From Syntrophales bacterium (GTDB taxonomy: Bacteria > Desulfobacterota > Syntrophia > Syntrophales > PHBD01): 64,000 nucleotides of DNA. The DNA is taken from NCBI GenBank assembly GCA_963668175.1, contig OY764159.1, forward strand, positions 2,528,001 through 2,592,000. The letters are read 5' to 3'. The notes beneath the pieces are model-generated. The model did not search any database and had not been told where the DNA came from. It saw only the letters and a program-made list of their open reading frames with translations. The first letter of the stretch is position 1; every line of letters starts with the position of its first letter. Of the stretch, positions 49,462 to 60,114 are shown one piece after another. A program made the translations under genes and the position numbers.

Positions 49462-50310
49462 ATGAAGAAAGCGGGAGTGGTGGGCGCAGGCACCATGGGT
49501 TCGCAGATAGCCATCGTCTTTGCGGACGGCGGCCTGGATACCTATCTCTACGACCTCACGGTCGACCGGCTCGATCAGGCCCGGCAGAGCATCAGCCATC
49601 ACCTGGAACGCCGGGTTTCCAAGGGCAAGCGCACATCCGCCAACCGGAGGGACATCATGTCCCGGATCCGGACGACGGCATCCCTCTCCGATCTGGCCGA
49701 CGCGGACATCGTTGTCGAGGCCGTCTTCGAGGACCTGGACACGAAGCAGGCGGTGTTCGGCGACCTCGACCGCGTGTGCGCACCCAAGACCATCTTCGCC
49801 ACGAACACGACCGCCCTCAGCGTCAGCGAAATCGCGTCGGCGACGAAACGCGCGGACCGCTGCATCGGGACCCATTTTCTCATCCCGGCGCCGCAATGCT
49901 CCCTCGTCGAGGTGAGCCGCGGATTGGACACGTCGGACGAAACCCACAACGCCGTGGTCGAGATTCTCAAGACCTGCGGGAAGGAGACGGTGACGTTCGT
50001 CGACGAGCCGGCCTTCGTCATCAACCGCCTTTATATGCCGTTCCTCAACGAGGCGTTTCTCCTGCTCCAGGAGGGCGTGGGGACGGCGGAGGAGATCGAC
50101 AAGGCCTGCGAACAGGGTTTGGGGCTTCCCGTCGGCCCGTTCAAGGCGGCCGACGCGTCGGGGCTCGACTACGTCTACAAATGCCTCAAGAGTCTCCAGT
50201 ACCAGCTGGGCGACAAGTACCGCCCGGCCCCGCTGCTCTCGAAGCTCGTGAAAGTCGGCAGGCTCGGTGAGAAGGCCGGCCGGGGCGTCTACGACTACCG
50301 GAAATCGTGA
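49462..50310 (+). CDS. 3-hydroxyacyl-CoA dehydrogenase (Hbd family)
   Basis: GAGTMG, VEAVFED, ATNT, GTHF, FVINR, GRLG.KAGRG.YDY. Confidence 0.92.
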   Translation: MKKAGVVGAGTMGSQIAIVFADGGLDTYLYDLTVDRLDQARQSISHHLERRVSKGKRTSANRRDIMSRIRTTASLSDLADADIVVEAVFEDLDTKQAVFGDLDRVCAPKTIFATNTTALSVSEIASATKRADRCIGTHFLIPAPQCSLVEVSRGLDTSDETHNAVVEILKTCGKETVTFVDEPAFVINRLYMPFLNEAFLLLQEGVGTAEEIDKACEQGLGLPVGPFKAADASGLDYVYKCLKSLQYQLGDKYRPAPLLSKLVKVGRLGEKAGRGVYDYRKS

Positions 50311-50406
50311 CGCCGGGCGGGATCGTTCGTCGATCGTATGCCGATGCACGCGGGCAGCCGTATTCAGGCGACCGGCGGAAAATCGGAAACATATAAAGAC
50401 TTTTGA

Positions 50407-50434
50407 GAAGGCCGCCTTCCCGGGCGGCTTTTTC
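50407..50434 (+). terminator. Intrinsic terminator
   Basis: GAAGGCCGCC-TTCCCG-GGCGGCTTTTTC. Confidence 0.65.
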
Positions 50435-50686
50435 GTTTCCTCCTTGCGTCCCGCCTGCGGCCATCCCGCCGGAAATCAGCACAAGCCGCGTCTCTGCGGG
50501 TGCCTTTCGAAGATTGTGATGAAGCGGTCCGCCGCATTGCCTTCCGTTGGCTGGATATGAAGTATCCGACTGGGTATTAAAACTGGATACGAAGTATCCG
50601 GATTGGCGCGGCCGAAATACCTCCTCCCGAGATTCCCGATAGCTAATAGTCACTATAAACGGCGAGATAGCTCTCCCGGAAAAATG

Positions 50687-50702
50687 TGGCATGTTCTTTG
50701 TA
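50687..50702 (+). promoter_or_regulatory. Possible sigma-54 promoter (variant -12 element)
   Basis: TGGCATGTTCTTTGTA, 36 nt upstream of the next start. Confidence 0.45.
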
Positions 50703-50738
50703 ATTTGTCGGCGCAAGGATATGACAGGAGGTGTCGTT

Positions 50739-51248
50739 ATGAATTATAAACAGATTAAAGAGTGGGCAACTCCACTGGCAATAGGAAGTTTCGTGTTATC
50801 GGCGGCTACCGGCATCCCGCTTTTCTTCCATCTGGAGATCGGCTGGGTCAAGTCAGCGCATACATGGTTCAGTTGGATTTTCCTCGCCGGGGCGATCGGC
50901 CATGCCGTCGCCAACCGGAAATCCGTCATGCTGCATTTGAATAAACCTATCGGCAGGGCCATTGTCGGTCTGTGCCTGGTCGCGACGCTGGCGTCCTTCG
51001 TACCTCTGGGCGGCGGCGCAAAGGGAGGCAACCCGTTCATGGGTATGTCGAGGACGCTGGCAGGCATGCCCCTGACGGAAATCGCCCAGGTCGTGAAGAA
51101 GAGCCCGGATGTCCTGATAGCCGATTTGCGGGCGAAGAACATCGCCGTCGCTGAGGAAAAGCAGACCGTCCTGGAAATAGCGAAACAGAACAACAGGAAA
51201 GACATCGAAGTCCTGTTCACGATATTCGGTCAGGACAGACGGCCGTAA
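50739..51248 (+). CDS. DUF4405 domain membrane protein
   Basis: WATPL.IG.F...A.TG, AHTW, H...N; AGGAGG SD. Confidence 0.8.
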   Translation: MNYKQIKEWATPLAIGSFVLSAATGIPLFFHLEIGWVKSAHTWFSWIFLAGAIGHAVANRKSVMLHLNKPIGRAIVGLCLVATLASFVPLGGGAKGGNPFMGMSRTLAGMPLTEIAQVVKKSPDVLIADLRAKNIAVAEEKQTVLEIAKQNNRKDIEVLFTIFGQDRRP

Positions 51249-51288
51249 ACGGCACTCCCGCTGCATCGGTGACGGGAATGGTAAGGAT

Positions 51289-52149
51289 TTACAGGCGGGC
51301 CAGTTCAACGCTGCGCTCGATGCCACGCACGAGGGCGTCGGGAAGCGGCAGGCCTTCGGCGATGGCCTTCACGATGGCCTCGGTGACGCCGCCCGGTGTG
51401 GCGGCCTGCGCGAGGTAACGGTCGCGCTCGGAGGCGGAGAGGTTCCGGGGGCGGACGGCGTCGGCCCACTCCAGGATCTGCCGGTACGACGGCAGGCCGT
51501 ACCGCGCGGCCGTCTCCATAAGCCCGTCCTCGTCGCAGACCTTCCCGAGACTTTCCCAATACGCGAGCGCAATCGGCAGGCAGGGCCCCAGGGCCGTGAA
51601 GGCGTGGATGTCCGTCTCGCTTCGCAGGGGAAAGACGCTGAGCCCCAGCGCCGCGACGATCTCCCGCGCGATGTCGTCGTCCGCCGGGTAGACGGCGGCG
51701 ATGCCGTTCTTTTTTGCGATAGTGTCCGGGGCGCTCGTCATGATCCGCACACGCCGGACCAAGGCCGGTTGGACCGGGATGCGGTCGAGGAAAACCCCCG
51801 CCATGAACGAAACCAGGATCGCATCGGGAAGAAGCGTGTAGTCCGCAAGCGCGGCGCAGTCCTGCGGACGGACCGTGCAGAGAAGGATTTTCGAGCCGCC
51901 CGCGACATCCGCGGCAGGCGCGACGCGGTCTGTCAGACCAGCCGATGCAATCTCGCGCGCCGTCTCCGCCGAGCCCCGGTGGCAGAGGGTGAGCTTCTCC
52001 CGGGGGAGCCCCGCCGCGATCAGGCCGCGCGCCATCGTGCGGCCGAGATATCCCGCGCCGAATACTCCCAGGGACGACGTCCCGATAAATGTCTCGATGC
52101 GCCCCGTATTGCGGACCGGCGGACACGGGGTTTCTGTTTCTCTTGTCAC
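51289..52149 (-). CDS. Pyrroline-5-carboxylate reductase-like protein
   Basis: GAGYLG, VRPQD, SFMAG, ATPGGVT; GTG start uncertain. Confidence 0.75.
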   Translation of the reverse strand: MTRETETPCPPVRNTGRIETFIGTSSLGVFGAGYLGRTMARGLIAAGLPREKLTLCHRGSAETAREIASAGLTDRVAPAADVAGGSKILLCTVRPQDCAALADYTLLPDAILVSFMAGVFLDRIPVQPALVRRVRIMTSAPDTIAKKNGIAAVYPADDDIAREIVAALGLSVFPLRSETDIHAFTALGPCLPIALAYWESLGKVCDEDGLMETAARYGLPSYRQILEWADAVRPRNLSASERDRYLAQAATPGGVTEAIVKAIAEGLPLPDALVRGIERSVELARL

Positions 52150-52162
52150 AGGATTCCTTTCG

Positions 52163-52567
52163 TTACCGATGGACACGGACGGTAAGCTTGTAGGGTATGG
52201 GCTCCGTCTCGAAGGTCGAGACGGCGATACGGTAGTCGCCCGCCTTCTCCAGCGTGCCCGTGAGATGCTGGTTGAAGTCGAATTCCTCTTCCGGGAGCGC
52301 CCGGCCTTCCGCGCCGGTGACGGCGAACCCGGCCTTGTTGGCCTTGGAGGTAATGCGCCCGATGAAGGTGAGCCCCGCGGCGGCGCTGAAGATATAGACG
52401 ATGTCGCCGCCCCTGGCGACCTTGCCTTCGAGGACGAGGGCGGCACCGCCGGGGACGACGCGGATGCGCTCGGGAGGTTGCTCCGCGAAGGCGGGCGCGG
52501 CGAACAGAAGCATCAGGATGAACGGGAAAATGTACCGGGAGAGAAGGTTGTCGGCGGATCGTTTCAT
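52163..52567 (-). CDS. Secreted hypothetical protein (PPC-like beta-sandwich)
   Basis: Signal peptide (PAFA), YIFSAAAG, GTLEKAGDYRI.V, YKLTV. Confidence 0.75.
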   Translation of the reverse strand: MKRSADNLLSRYIFPFILMLLFAAPAFAEQPPERIRVVPGGAALVLEGKVARGGDIVYIFSAAAGLTFIGRITSKANKAGFAVTGAEGRALPEEEFDFNQHLTGTLEKAGDYRIAVSTFETEPIPYKLTVRVHR

Positions 52568-52589
52568 GGTCTGCCTCGTACGGTATGTC

Positions 52590-53009
52590 TCAATTGGGGC
52601 CGACGGCCAGGCCTTCGCAAAGGAAGCCGCGGCCTGCGGCGCGGGTGAAGTGGATCGCGAATTCCCCGGTCTTCATGCGCCAGGAGATGTAGTAGCTGTC
52701 GTCGTCCACCCGGATGGGGACCGACCGCTCGATCCTTCTTTTGACCTCCGTCGTGAACATCCTGCCGTAGTTCGCGAGGAAGGCATCTTTCCCCTTCACC
52801 TCGCGGAAGCGCTCGTCCGACTCCCAGGTAAAGCGCTCGAAGTCGATCATGGCGGCCACCTTTCCGCGGTCTCCGGCGGCGACGGCCTTTTTGAAATGCT
52901 TATAGAACGGCCCGAATGCCCCGTCTGTCGCTGCGGTACGGTCCGCCGCCGCGCCGATGCACAGGGCGGCGCATATCAGAATCGCGAGCAAGGGCAATCG
53001 CTTCGTCAT
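52590..53009 (-). CDS. Secreted hypothetical protein
   Basis: Signal peptide, FKKAVAAGDRGKVAAMIDF, FLANY. Confidence 0.75.
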   Translation of the reverse strand: MTKRLPLLAILICAALCIGAAADRTAATDGAFGPFYKHFKKAVAAGDRGKVAAMIDFERFTWESDERFREVKGKDAFLANYGRMFTTEVKRRIERSVPIRVDDDSYYISWRMKTGEFAIHFTRAAGRGFLCEGLAVGPN

Positions 53010-53244
53010 GGTCTCTTTTTCCTTTTCGGTTTGATTCGTTTTTACGGCCGGGACGCGGAGGCGGAAACCGCCTGCCTCTCCGGCCCCGTTACGGACGCAT
53101 CCTATACACCCATTCGCGGCATTGCGCAAGCGGGGTTGAGCCTATGAACTTGTCGGGCGGAGAGGGCGCAGTCCATTCCGGACTGCCTGCCTGGAGAGAA
53201 TTCCGTGGCGTTTCGCCAGCCGATCCAGTATAGATAAAGGCCGT

Positions 53245-54069
53245 ATGATGACTTTCAAATCGACGATCGTCGGTCTTCTGACCGCCGCCATGCTTCTCGG
53301 CATTCCCCGGGTGCTGCCCGCGGAGACGGTCTATCTCTTCGGCCGGATCGGCGGGTTTCCCGTTATCGCCGCCGTGGAGAAGTTCGAGAGCAAGCTCGAC
53401 GGCTGGTATTTCTATCCGTCGCGGGCACAAAAGATCCACCTCACGGGAACCATGGAGAAGGACGGGACCTTCCGCCTGGACGAGGAGACGCAGGCCGGGG
53501 CGAAGACGGGGATATTCGCCGGGAAGGCCGCCCAGGGAAAATGGACGGGGACATGGCGCAAATCCGAGAAGGCCGTGGCCCTTACGTTCGACCTTGCCGA
53601 AAACCGCGACCCGCTCAAGGGCCTGAGCGGGGAGTTCGCCTGCGCCTTCAAGGAGAAGGACGCCCGGTTCGGCTTTACCTACGAGCGGAGCCTGAAGCTT
53701 GACGTGGCGGCCGGCGCCGTCCGGAAGCTCGACATCGCCCAGGGGGCCTACACGGCCGCGAAAGGCGACGAACAGTGGTGCACCTTCGGCCTCGGCGGGA
53801 AGAATGAGCCGGACAGCCTGAAGCAGGTGCCGTCGGAGGCGGGCATCCTCTTCGCCGCCGGGAAGCCTGACGAGGAGGGCGATTACGCGGGATGTACGAT
53901 CCGCATCGTCGCCGACAGAGATTTCATCTGGATCGCCATCGGCGGCGGCTCGGGCGGGGAGGGCGGCGACTGCCGCTCGATAGGCGAGACGATGCTTTGT
54001 AGCCCCCGCGCCTTCTGGAACGATATAATATACGACCGCCGCACGGGGAAATGCAAGGCCCCGCGATGA
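53245..54069 (+). CDS. Secreted hypothetical protein
   Basis: Signal peptide; GWYFY, GIFAG, WTGTW beta-rich N-domain; Cys-containing C-domain. Confidence 0.8.
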   Translation: MMTFKSTIVGLLTAAMLLGIPRVLPAETVYLFGRIGGFPVIAAVEKFESKLDGWYFYPSRAQKIHLTGTMEKDGTFRLDEETQAGAKTGIFAGKAAQGKWTGTWRKSEKAVALTFDLAENRDPLKGLSGEFACAFKEKDARFGFTYERSLKLDVAAGAVRKLDIAQGAYTAAKGDEQWCTFGLGGKNEPDSLKQVPSEAGILFAAGKPDEEGDYAGCTIRIVADRDFIWIAIGGGSGGEGGDCRSIGETMLCSPRAFWNDIIYDRRTGKCKAPR

Positions 54070-54138
54070 ATCGGAAATGAAAACGGCGGCGGACCGGGAC
54101 AGCCCGCCGCTAAACCGCTGCGATAAAGGAGAAACGCC

Positions 54139-54477
54139 ATGACCTGGAAGCCTGTTTGCCTTGTGTTCGCAACCCTTATCCTGTTCAGCCCCACCATTGC
54201 CTCCGGCAACGTCATGTGCGAGGACGCCGACGGGAACTACACCGTCGCCCTGACGACGGCCGACGACGGCGGCGTGCTCGATCTCGCGATCGTGAACGGG
54301 GACAGGATCGCGCGCTTTCCCGATGCCAACCGTACAAAAGTGTCCGTGAAGAACGAGACCTACAAATTTTCCGCCGGGAAGAAGAAGGGCCAGGACGCCC
54401 TGGCGCTGGACATCGCGGGGAAGGCCGGGAAGATGACGTACGGCGGCAAGACCGTCGTCCTCGAATGCACGTGGTGA
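54139..54477 (+). CDS. Secreted hypothetical protein
   Basis: AAGGAG SD, signal peptide, Cys near both ends of the mature chain (C-terminal LECTW). Confidence 0.8.
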   Translation: MTWKPVCLVFATLILFSPTIASGNVMCEDADGNYTVALTTADDGGVLDLAIVNGDRIARFPDANRTKVSVKNETYKFSAGKKKGQDALALDIAGKAGKMTYGGKTVVLECTW

Positions 54478-54565
54478 CGGCAACGACCGGAGGCGGGGGA
54501 TCGCCGTTCGCATCCGGATGGATGGCTCCGGCGGCCCGCATGAAGCTTCCGCAGGGGGGATCGGT

Positions 54566-55024
54566 ATGGCGTATTGGATGGTTTTGGCGGCATGGCTTTG
54601 CGCAGCCTGTTTAACCGGGACCGCCTGGGGCGCGGCCGTGGAGACGGGGCCGTTGACGGCCGCCGAAAAGAAGCTCTGCCGGGCCGTCGAGAAGGCCGAT
54701 GCCTTCTTCCACTGCGGCGGCCGCGTGAAGCGCCATTACGAGATCGCCTCCGATACCGGGGCGAAACTCCCCGTTCTCGTCGAGTTCGTCTACGAAAAGG
54801 AAGGCCCCCTCTATTTCGGCGAATATATTTCCTACGCGGCCTCCGTCGATCCGCTGACGTCCGTCGTCTCGTATACGTTCGACGCCGGGACGGCGCTTCG
54901 TGGCCGCGGGACAGCCATGGAAACGGAAAAGGGCGTCATCGTCGTGAGGGAAACGTGCGGCACATCGGGCTGTTCCGTGGAGGTTCTGCGGGACGGTAAA
55001 AGGCTTTACGGCGGGCAGAAATAA
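54566..55024 (+). CDS. Secreted hypothetical protein
   Basis: Signal peptide (AWG), CGTSGC motif. Confidence 0.75.
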   Translation: MAYWMVLAAWLCAACLTGTAWGAAVETGPLTAAEKKLCRAVEKADAFFHCGGRVKRHYEIASDTGAKLPVLVEFVYEKEGPLYFGEYISYAASVDPLTSVVSYTFDAGTALRGRGTAMETEKGVIVVRETCGTSGCSVEVLRDGKRLYGGQK

Positions 55025-55123
55025 GGCGCGCGCAAACAGAAAAAGCGCCTCTCCGGCGCCTGTCTTGAAATGCGTGTCGATCTTAAGTCTGTATCCGGAC
55101 TGCCCCCGGATGCATGAAGGACA

Positions 55124-55411
55124 TTATCCGTTCCCGGCCTCTCGCAGGGCGGACAGTTTCTTTTCCCTGGGCAATCGCTTGATCCTGTATTCCAGGCGGA
55201 AGGCCTCCGCCTTCGGCATCGGCCGGCTGGTGTCGATCAGGGTGACGGGCAGGCGGGCCCGCGTGAACCGGGAGGCGTCGCCGCGGTTGTGGGCAGCGAT
55301 CCTTTTCGGGAGGTCGTTCGTTACGCCCGTGTAGATTTTCCCGTCGGAACAGCGGAGGAGGTATACAAGCCAGGAGCCGCTCGCGGACAAGGCATCCCGG
55401 CCGCCGGCCAT
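55124..55411 (-). CDS. GIY-YIG nuclease (YhbQ-like)
   Basis: VYLLRCSDG.IYTGVTND..KRI..HN.G, E.RIK. Confidence 0.9.
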   Translation of the reverse strand: MAGGRDALSASGSWLVYLLRCSDGKIYTGVTNDLPKRIAAHNRGDASRFTRARLPVTLIDTSRPMPKAEAFRLEYRIKRLPREKKLSALREAGNG

Positions 55412-55412
55412 T

Positions 55413-55688
55413 TTAATGCCTGACACGCAGCGAGTTGGAGGGTTTGAAGGTCACGACCTTCCTGGCCGTGATGGTCATCGCTTCCCCCGTGCGCGGATTC
55501 CGGCCCCTTCTGGCCCGCTTCTCCCTCACCGACCACCTGCCGAATCCCGAAATCATGACCTTCTCTCCCTTGGCAAGCTCTTCCTTGACGATGGCAAAGA
55601 GGCTCTCGACAATGGCGGCGCATTCCTTCTTGGGGATGTCCAGTTCCGTGTAGAGCGAGTCAATTAGATCTATTTTGGTCAGCGGCAT
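55413..55688 (-). CDS. ihfA: Integration host factor alpha-like subunit
   Basis: LTK.DL, ISGFG, GRNPRTGE, ARKVVTFKPS. Confidence 0.85.
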   Translation of the reverse strand: MPLTKIDLIDSLYTELDIPKKECAAIVESLFAIVKEELAKGEKVMISGFGRWSVREKRARRGRNPRTGEAMTITARKVVTFKPSNSLRVRH

Positions 55689-56890
55689 CGATATTCTCCT
55701 TCGTTTGTTTTCCTTTTAGTATTTTTTGCCCCTGCAGTGTTACGGGGCTTTGCATCTCTTTTACGCGCGCAAGGACACTCCTTCGGCGGATGGCGCCCGT
55801 CTTTCTACTATTCGGAAAAACGCGGCCGAAACTTGAGGCTAAAAATAGAGCCGCAAGCGGATGGACCGGATGCCCCGACAGTGTGGACATGTCATCCGAT
55901 TGTACTTCGATTCTGGCAATTGGAAACCTACGACTTCTTGCTTTCTTGCACCGCAGGCTTGACTGCGGCCTAAAGTGCCCGCGGCCGAACGAGAGTGAGC
56001 AGGAGATCAATTTATAAGAACGCGATATTTAAATATTCTTTTGAACTGATTTGCCGTCCTTGTCAAGAAAAATCAAAACGGAATGTTATACGAATGATGG
56101 CAACCGCCGCCGACCCCATGATGTTGTGTCCGCTAATATTTATACAACAATATTTTGTTATGCTCACCGGGGCGGTTCGGCAGGGGATGGAACGCCCGAC
56201 GGCGCCTCCGGGCGGGAAAAGCGTCGCGGCGCGGCGAATTTCCCGTGTTGCTCCCCTGCGCGGCGCGCAGAATGCGGATATCGCGATATCGAACCGTGTA
56301 AAATCAAAACGGTATTGCCATGGCGCAGGGATTCATTCGAAATTCAGCGCGGGCTGCGGCCTCCATGGCGGCGTGAACGTGTTCAATCCTGCCGGTGCGC
56401 GAAAAGGGCCGTTCGTTTCCCCGGCGTCCGCTGCCGCTCTGCTTGGCGGATTACAGCCGCCGGCAAGTCCGGCTTCCGGAATATCCCGAATATGCTTATA
56501 CCGGGGGCACGGAGCATCGGCGATTTGTTGGCCGGCGTCGTCCCCGGCTGATGCCCTGTTCCGCTTGCGGCTTTTGCGTTACGGCGGCAATGGACCCGCA
56601 TACGGGAGTGTCCTTCCGTACCATCCATCCGGTCCGCGCATGAAACGGTCCTGTTTCCGGGAAGGCCCTTTGCCGTTATGTTCCTTCCGGCCGATTCGGG
56701 CAGTCGCGGCGGTCACACGGCGCGTTAAGTCCTTTAAACAGCGATGTTATTGCGATGCATAACAAGGGCGGCAGGAACGCCTCGCGACGGGTTTCAGCCG
56801 CCGGGGTTCGCCGTCCGGCCGCGGCCGAAGACGAAGATAACGATTTGAAAAATGCTCATCCGGCACCCATCGCTCCGTTTTTGCGTGACC

Positions 56891-59773
56891 CTAATGTGCC
56901 GCAGGCAGCGCAAAGAAGAAGGACGCCCCTTCTCCCTCCTTGCCTTCCGCCCAAACGCGGCCGCCGTGGCGGTGAACGATGCGCTGGACGATTGCCAGCC
57001 CGACCCCCGTCCCCTCGTATTCCTCGGCATGATGAAGACGCTGGAACACATCGAACAGTTTGTCATGATAAGACATATCGAAGCCGATGCCGTTATCCCT
57101 GACGTAATAAACGATTTCATTCCGATCGGAGTAGCACCCCGCTTCGATCCGCGCGTCGGCTCTGTCCCTTGTGAATTTCACGGCGTTTTCGAGCAGGTTG
57201 ACATATACCTGTTTGATGAGCGCCCGGTCGCCGTAAGCGCCGTCGAGGTTATGGACCGTCAGGTGGAGGGACCTGGCGGGATTGGCTTCCTGAATTTCTT
57301 TCCACGAATCCTGTATCAGGGAATTCATGTCGAGCATCGTCCTGGCAATATCCTTACGGCTCAGCCGCGAAAATGCTAGGAGGTCTTCGATGAGCTGTCC
57401 CATCATCCGTACGCTGTCCCTGATGACGTTGAATTTTCTGACGGTGTCTTCATCGAGCGTGTCGCCGTGCTTCTTGACGATCATGCGCGAGAAACCGTCG
57501 ATGGCGCGCAGCGGGGCGCGCAGATCGTGGGAGACGGAGTAGCTGAAGCTCTCGAGCTCCCTGTTGGCCTCTTCGAGCTGGGCCTTTCGTCCCATCAGTT
57601 CCCCGAGGAGGGAAGCGTTTTGAAGGGCAAGGGAAACCGTCGAGGCAAGTTTCTGTGCAAAATCTTTGTGATAATCGCGAAAGGCGTAGATATGGCTGTG
57701 ATGGTTGAGGAAAATGACGCCGACGGTCTGATCTCCGTCGAAAAGGGGGATGACCGCCTCGGATCGTATTCCCCATTTCTTCATGTAATCCCTGTTGACC
57801 CTGTCGTCGTTCGCCGCATCGTCTATGAAGACGGGCTGCCTTGTTTCGATGGCCAGCAAGGCATGCGGCTCCTCTCTGTCTTCCATCCGCATGCCGACGA
57901 CGCTCTCGGGAAAACCCAACGCGTAACTGACTATCCATTGGTCGTCCTTCTTCAGGGAGACGGCCGCGGTCTGGCATTCCATGGCCAGGGCGGCGCTGGA
58001 TAGCGCTCTTTTCAATACCTCTCCGGCTTCGGAGGTCGAATGGACAAGTTTGTTGATGTCGTTTAATGCCTCGCTCAGAATTTCCGTCTGCTTGCGTTCG
58101 GTGATGTCGCGCGCGGCACCGAACCATTCGGCGATGTCGCCTTTCGCGTCGAGAATCGGTATGGCGCGCGAGAAAGTCCAGCCCAAGGTACTGTCCGCCA
58201 TCACGACGCGGTGTTCGAGTTCGAAGATGGTCTTGCCCCGGATGGCGGTTTCGATGGCCGCCGTCACGCGCGGCCGGTCCTCCGGGTGGATGTATTTCTC
58301 CAGCCACGTCCTGTCGGGCTCCTCCGTGTCGGCAAGGAAGTCCCGCCCGCGCAGCCGCCGCATTTCCTTCCAATCGGGGCTCATCTGATACACGACGTCC
58401 GAGGTCGCTGTCACGAAGGCTCGGAAGCGCTCTTCGCTTTTCCAGAGCTTTTCCTCTGCCCGCTTGCGCTCCGTGATGTCGAAAAAAGTGAAAATGATGT
58501 GGGGTGTGTCGTCGATATCGATCAACTCCGCCGAATGATTACACAAAAGCACGTCGCCCGTCTTGGTGCGAAGCCGGAACTCCTGGTTCTCGCTTCTTCC
58601 CTCGGTCGTCACCTTTTGCAGCATGCGCTCCCGGTCCGCGAGGTCGTTCCACACGCCTAATTCCACTACCGAACGTCCGATGAATTCGTCCCGGCCGAAG
58701 CCGAGGCACTTGAGCATCGCCTCGTTCGCTTCAATGACGAGGCCGTCGGCCAGGCGGCTCAATCCCACGCAGGCTGGATTGGATTGGAACGTCTTGATAT
58801 ATTTTTCCTCCGCCTTCCGAAGTTCCTGGGTTTTCCGGAACTCGTACTCTCGCCTGAAAAACAGCAGGCCCAGGGAAAGAAGGAGGAATATACCGAGGCC
58901 GGTAATCCCGCTCAGGATGAAATAACCGTATAAAGGCTTCAGGACGGCGCTTCTTTTCTGCCCCACGATGACGGACCAGCCGATTTCCCTGATCGGCGCA
59001 ATGGATATATAGGATAGGCCCTGGGTCTCCATATCCGTCATTTCCGTGTCTGCCGTTTCTCCTGCGAGCGCTTTCTTGAGGCTGCCGCTGTCGGGCCATG
59101 TCGTGATTTTTTTCTCGTAAGGGAATGCGCTGCTGAATAAGATGTTTCCTTCCTGGTCGAGGAGGCTGATCGTCTTCCCCGGTTCTATCGGGTTCGATCG
59201 AATGAGGGATGCAAAGAACGAGGCGCGCTGGGCTGCGCCGAGGATGCCGACGATGTTGCCCCGGCCGTCGGTCACAGGAATGACGATTGCGAAGGCAGGA
59301 CCCTTTCTCAAAACAACCGGTCGGCATAAGGATGAAACGTGACGTTTCCAATCCCGGCTCAGCCCTTTGTACCAGTCGCTGGAAGCCAGGTTCTTCCCGT
59401 AGGTGCTCCTGTCCATGGGGTAGATTGCCCAAAGTATCCCGCGCTTGTCGGTAATAAAGAGAGCATCCAGTTCGGGATGATCCCTTCTCAATGTCTGCAG
59501 GTGGCCGACAACTTCATCAAAATCTCTCTCCTTCATGGCAATCTTAAGGAGGGGGCGCTGAGCGTAGGATTCGAGGATACCGATCGTTGCCCTCTGGTGT
59601 TCGTCGATGAGCGAAGAGACAAGCTTCGCACTCAATCGGTTATCCCGGACTGTATTGGTTATTTCATGGCGGTAATGGCTGTGCATGAAGCCGAGCGTAA
59701 CGAGAACGGCAATGACGAACATGGCGGCGATGACCGCTGCATAGAATTTCCTTCCTTCGAACAAACGGTGCAT
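56891..59773 (-). CDS. Sensor histidine kinase (dCache-PAS-PAS-GAF-HisKA-HATPase)
   Basis: Two TM helices, DITERK twice, FSYSVSHDLRAPLR, NLLENAVKFT, DNGIGF, FQRLH, GTGVGL. Confidence 0.95.
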   Translation of the reverse strand: MHRLFEGRKFYAAVIAAMFVIAVLVTLGFMHSHYRHEITNTVRDNRLSAKLVSSLIDEHQRATIGILESYAQRPLLKIAMKERDFDEVVGHLQTLRRDHPELDALFITDKRGILWAIYPMDRSTYGKNLASSDWYKGLSRDWKRHVSSLCRPVVLRKGPAFAIVIPVTDGRGNIVGILGAAQRASFFASLIRSNPIEPGKTISLLDQEGNILFSSAFPYEKKITTWPDSGSLKKALAGETADTEMTDMETQGLSYISIAPIREIGWSVIVGQKRSAVLKPLYGYFILSGITGLGIFLLLSLGLLFFRREYEFRKTQELRKAEEKYIKTFQSNPACVGLSRLADGLVIEANEAMLKCLGFGRDEFIGRSVVELGVWNDLADRERMLQKVTTEGRSENQEFRLRTKTGDVLLCNHSAELIDIDDTPHIIFTFFDITERKRAEEKLWKSEERFRAFVTATSDVVYQMSPDWKEMRRLRGRDFLADTEEPDRTWLEKYIHPEDRPRVTAAIETAIRGKTIFELEHRVVMADSTLGWTFSRAIPILDAKGDIAEWFGAARDITERKQTEILSEALNDINKLVHSTSEAGEVLKRALSSAALAMECQTAAVSLKKDDQWIVSYALGFPESVVGMRMEDREEPHALLAIETRQPVFIDDAANDDRVNRDYMKKWGIRSEAVIPLFDGDQTVGVIFLNHHSHIYAFRDYHKDFAQKLASTVSLALQNASLLGELMGRKAQLEEANRELESFSYSVSHDLRAPLRAIDGFSRMIVKKHGDTLDEDTVRKFNVIRDSVRMMGQLIEDLLAFSRLSRKDIARTMLDMNSLIQDSWKEIQEANPARSLHLTVHNLDGAYGDRALIKQVYVNLLENAVKFTRDRADARIEAGCYSDRNEIVYYVRDNGIGFDMSYHDKLFDVFQRLHHAEEYEGTGVGLAIVQRIVHRHGGRVWAEGKEGEGASFFFALPAAH

Positions 59774-60114
59774 TCGTTCACCTTTACCCGCTCTTCGTTG
59801 GCGGCTGCTTGGCGGAAGGGGATGCCTGAAAAAGGGAACCCCGAATGAAAGGTATCCGTTTGCGTTCTTACGAACACCGGAGAACGATCCCCGCCTCCGC
59901 ATGAAGACGCGCCGCGACGGCTTCTTCCTGGAGGACGACCGGTCGTCTTCTCAAGCAAAAAAAGGACTGAAGCTTAAATTATTTTACATAAAGGAAAAGG
60001 CACACGAAGACCATAAGGTTTTGCCTGAATTGCCTGTTCGAAATACCTTAGATGCTTTTTGTCGGCCGACGTAGTGGATACAGCGGGCCGGGCCTGTCCG
60101 GACCGGAAGCTGTT

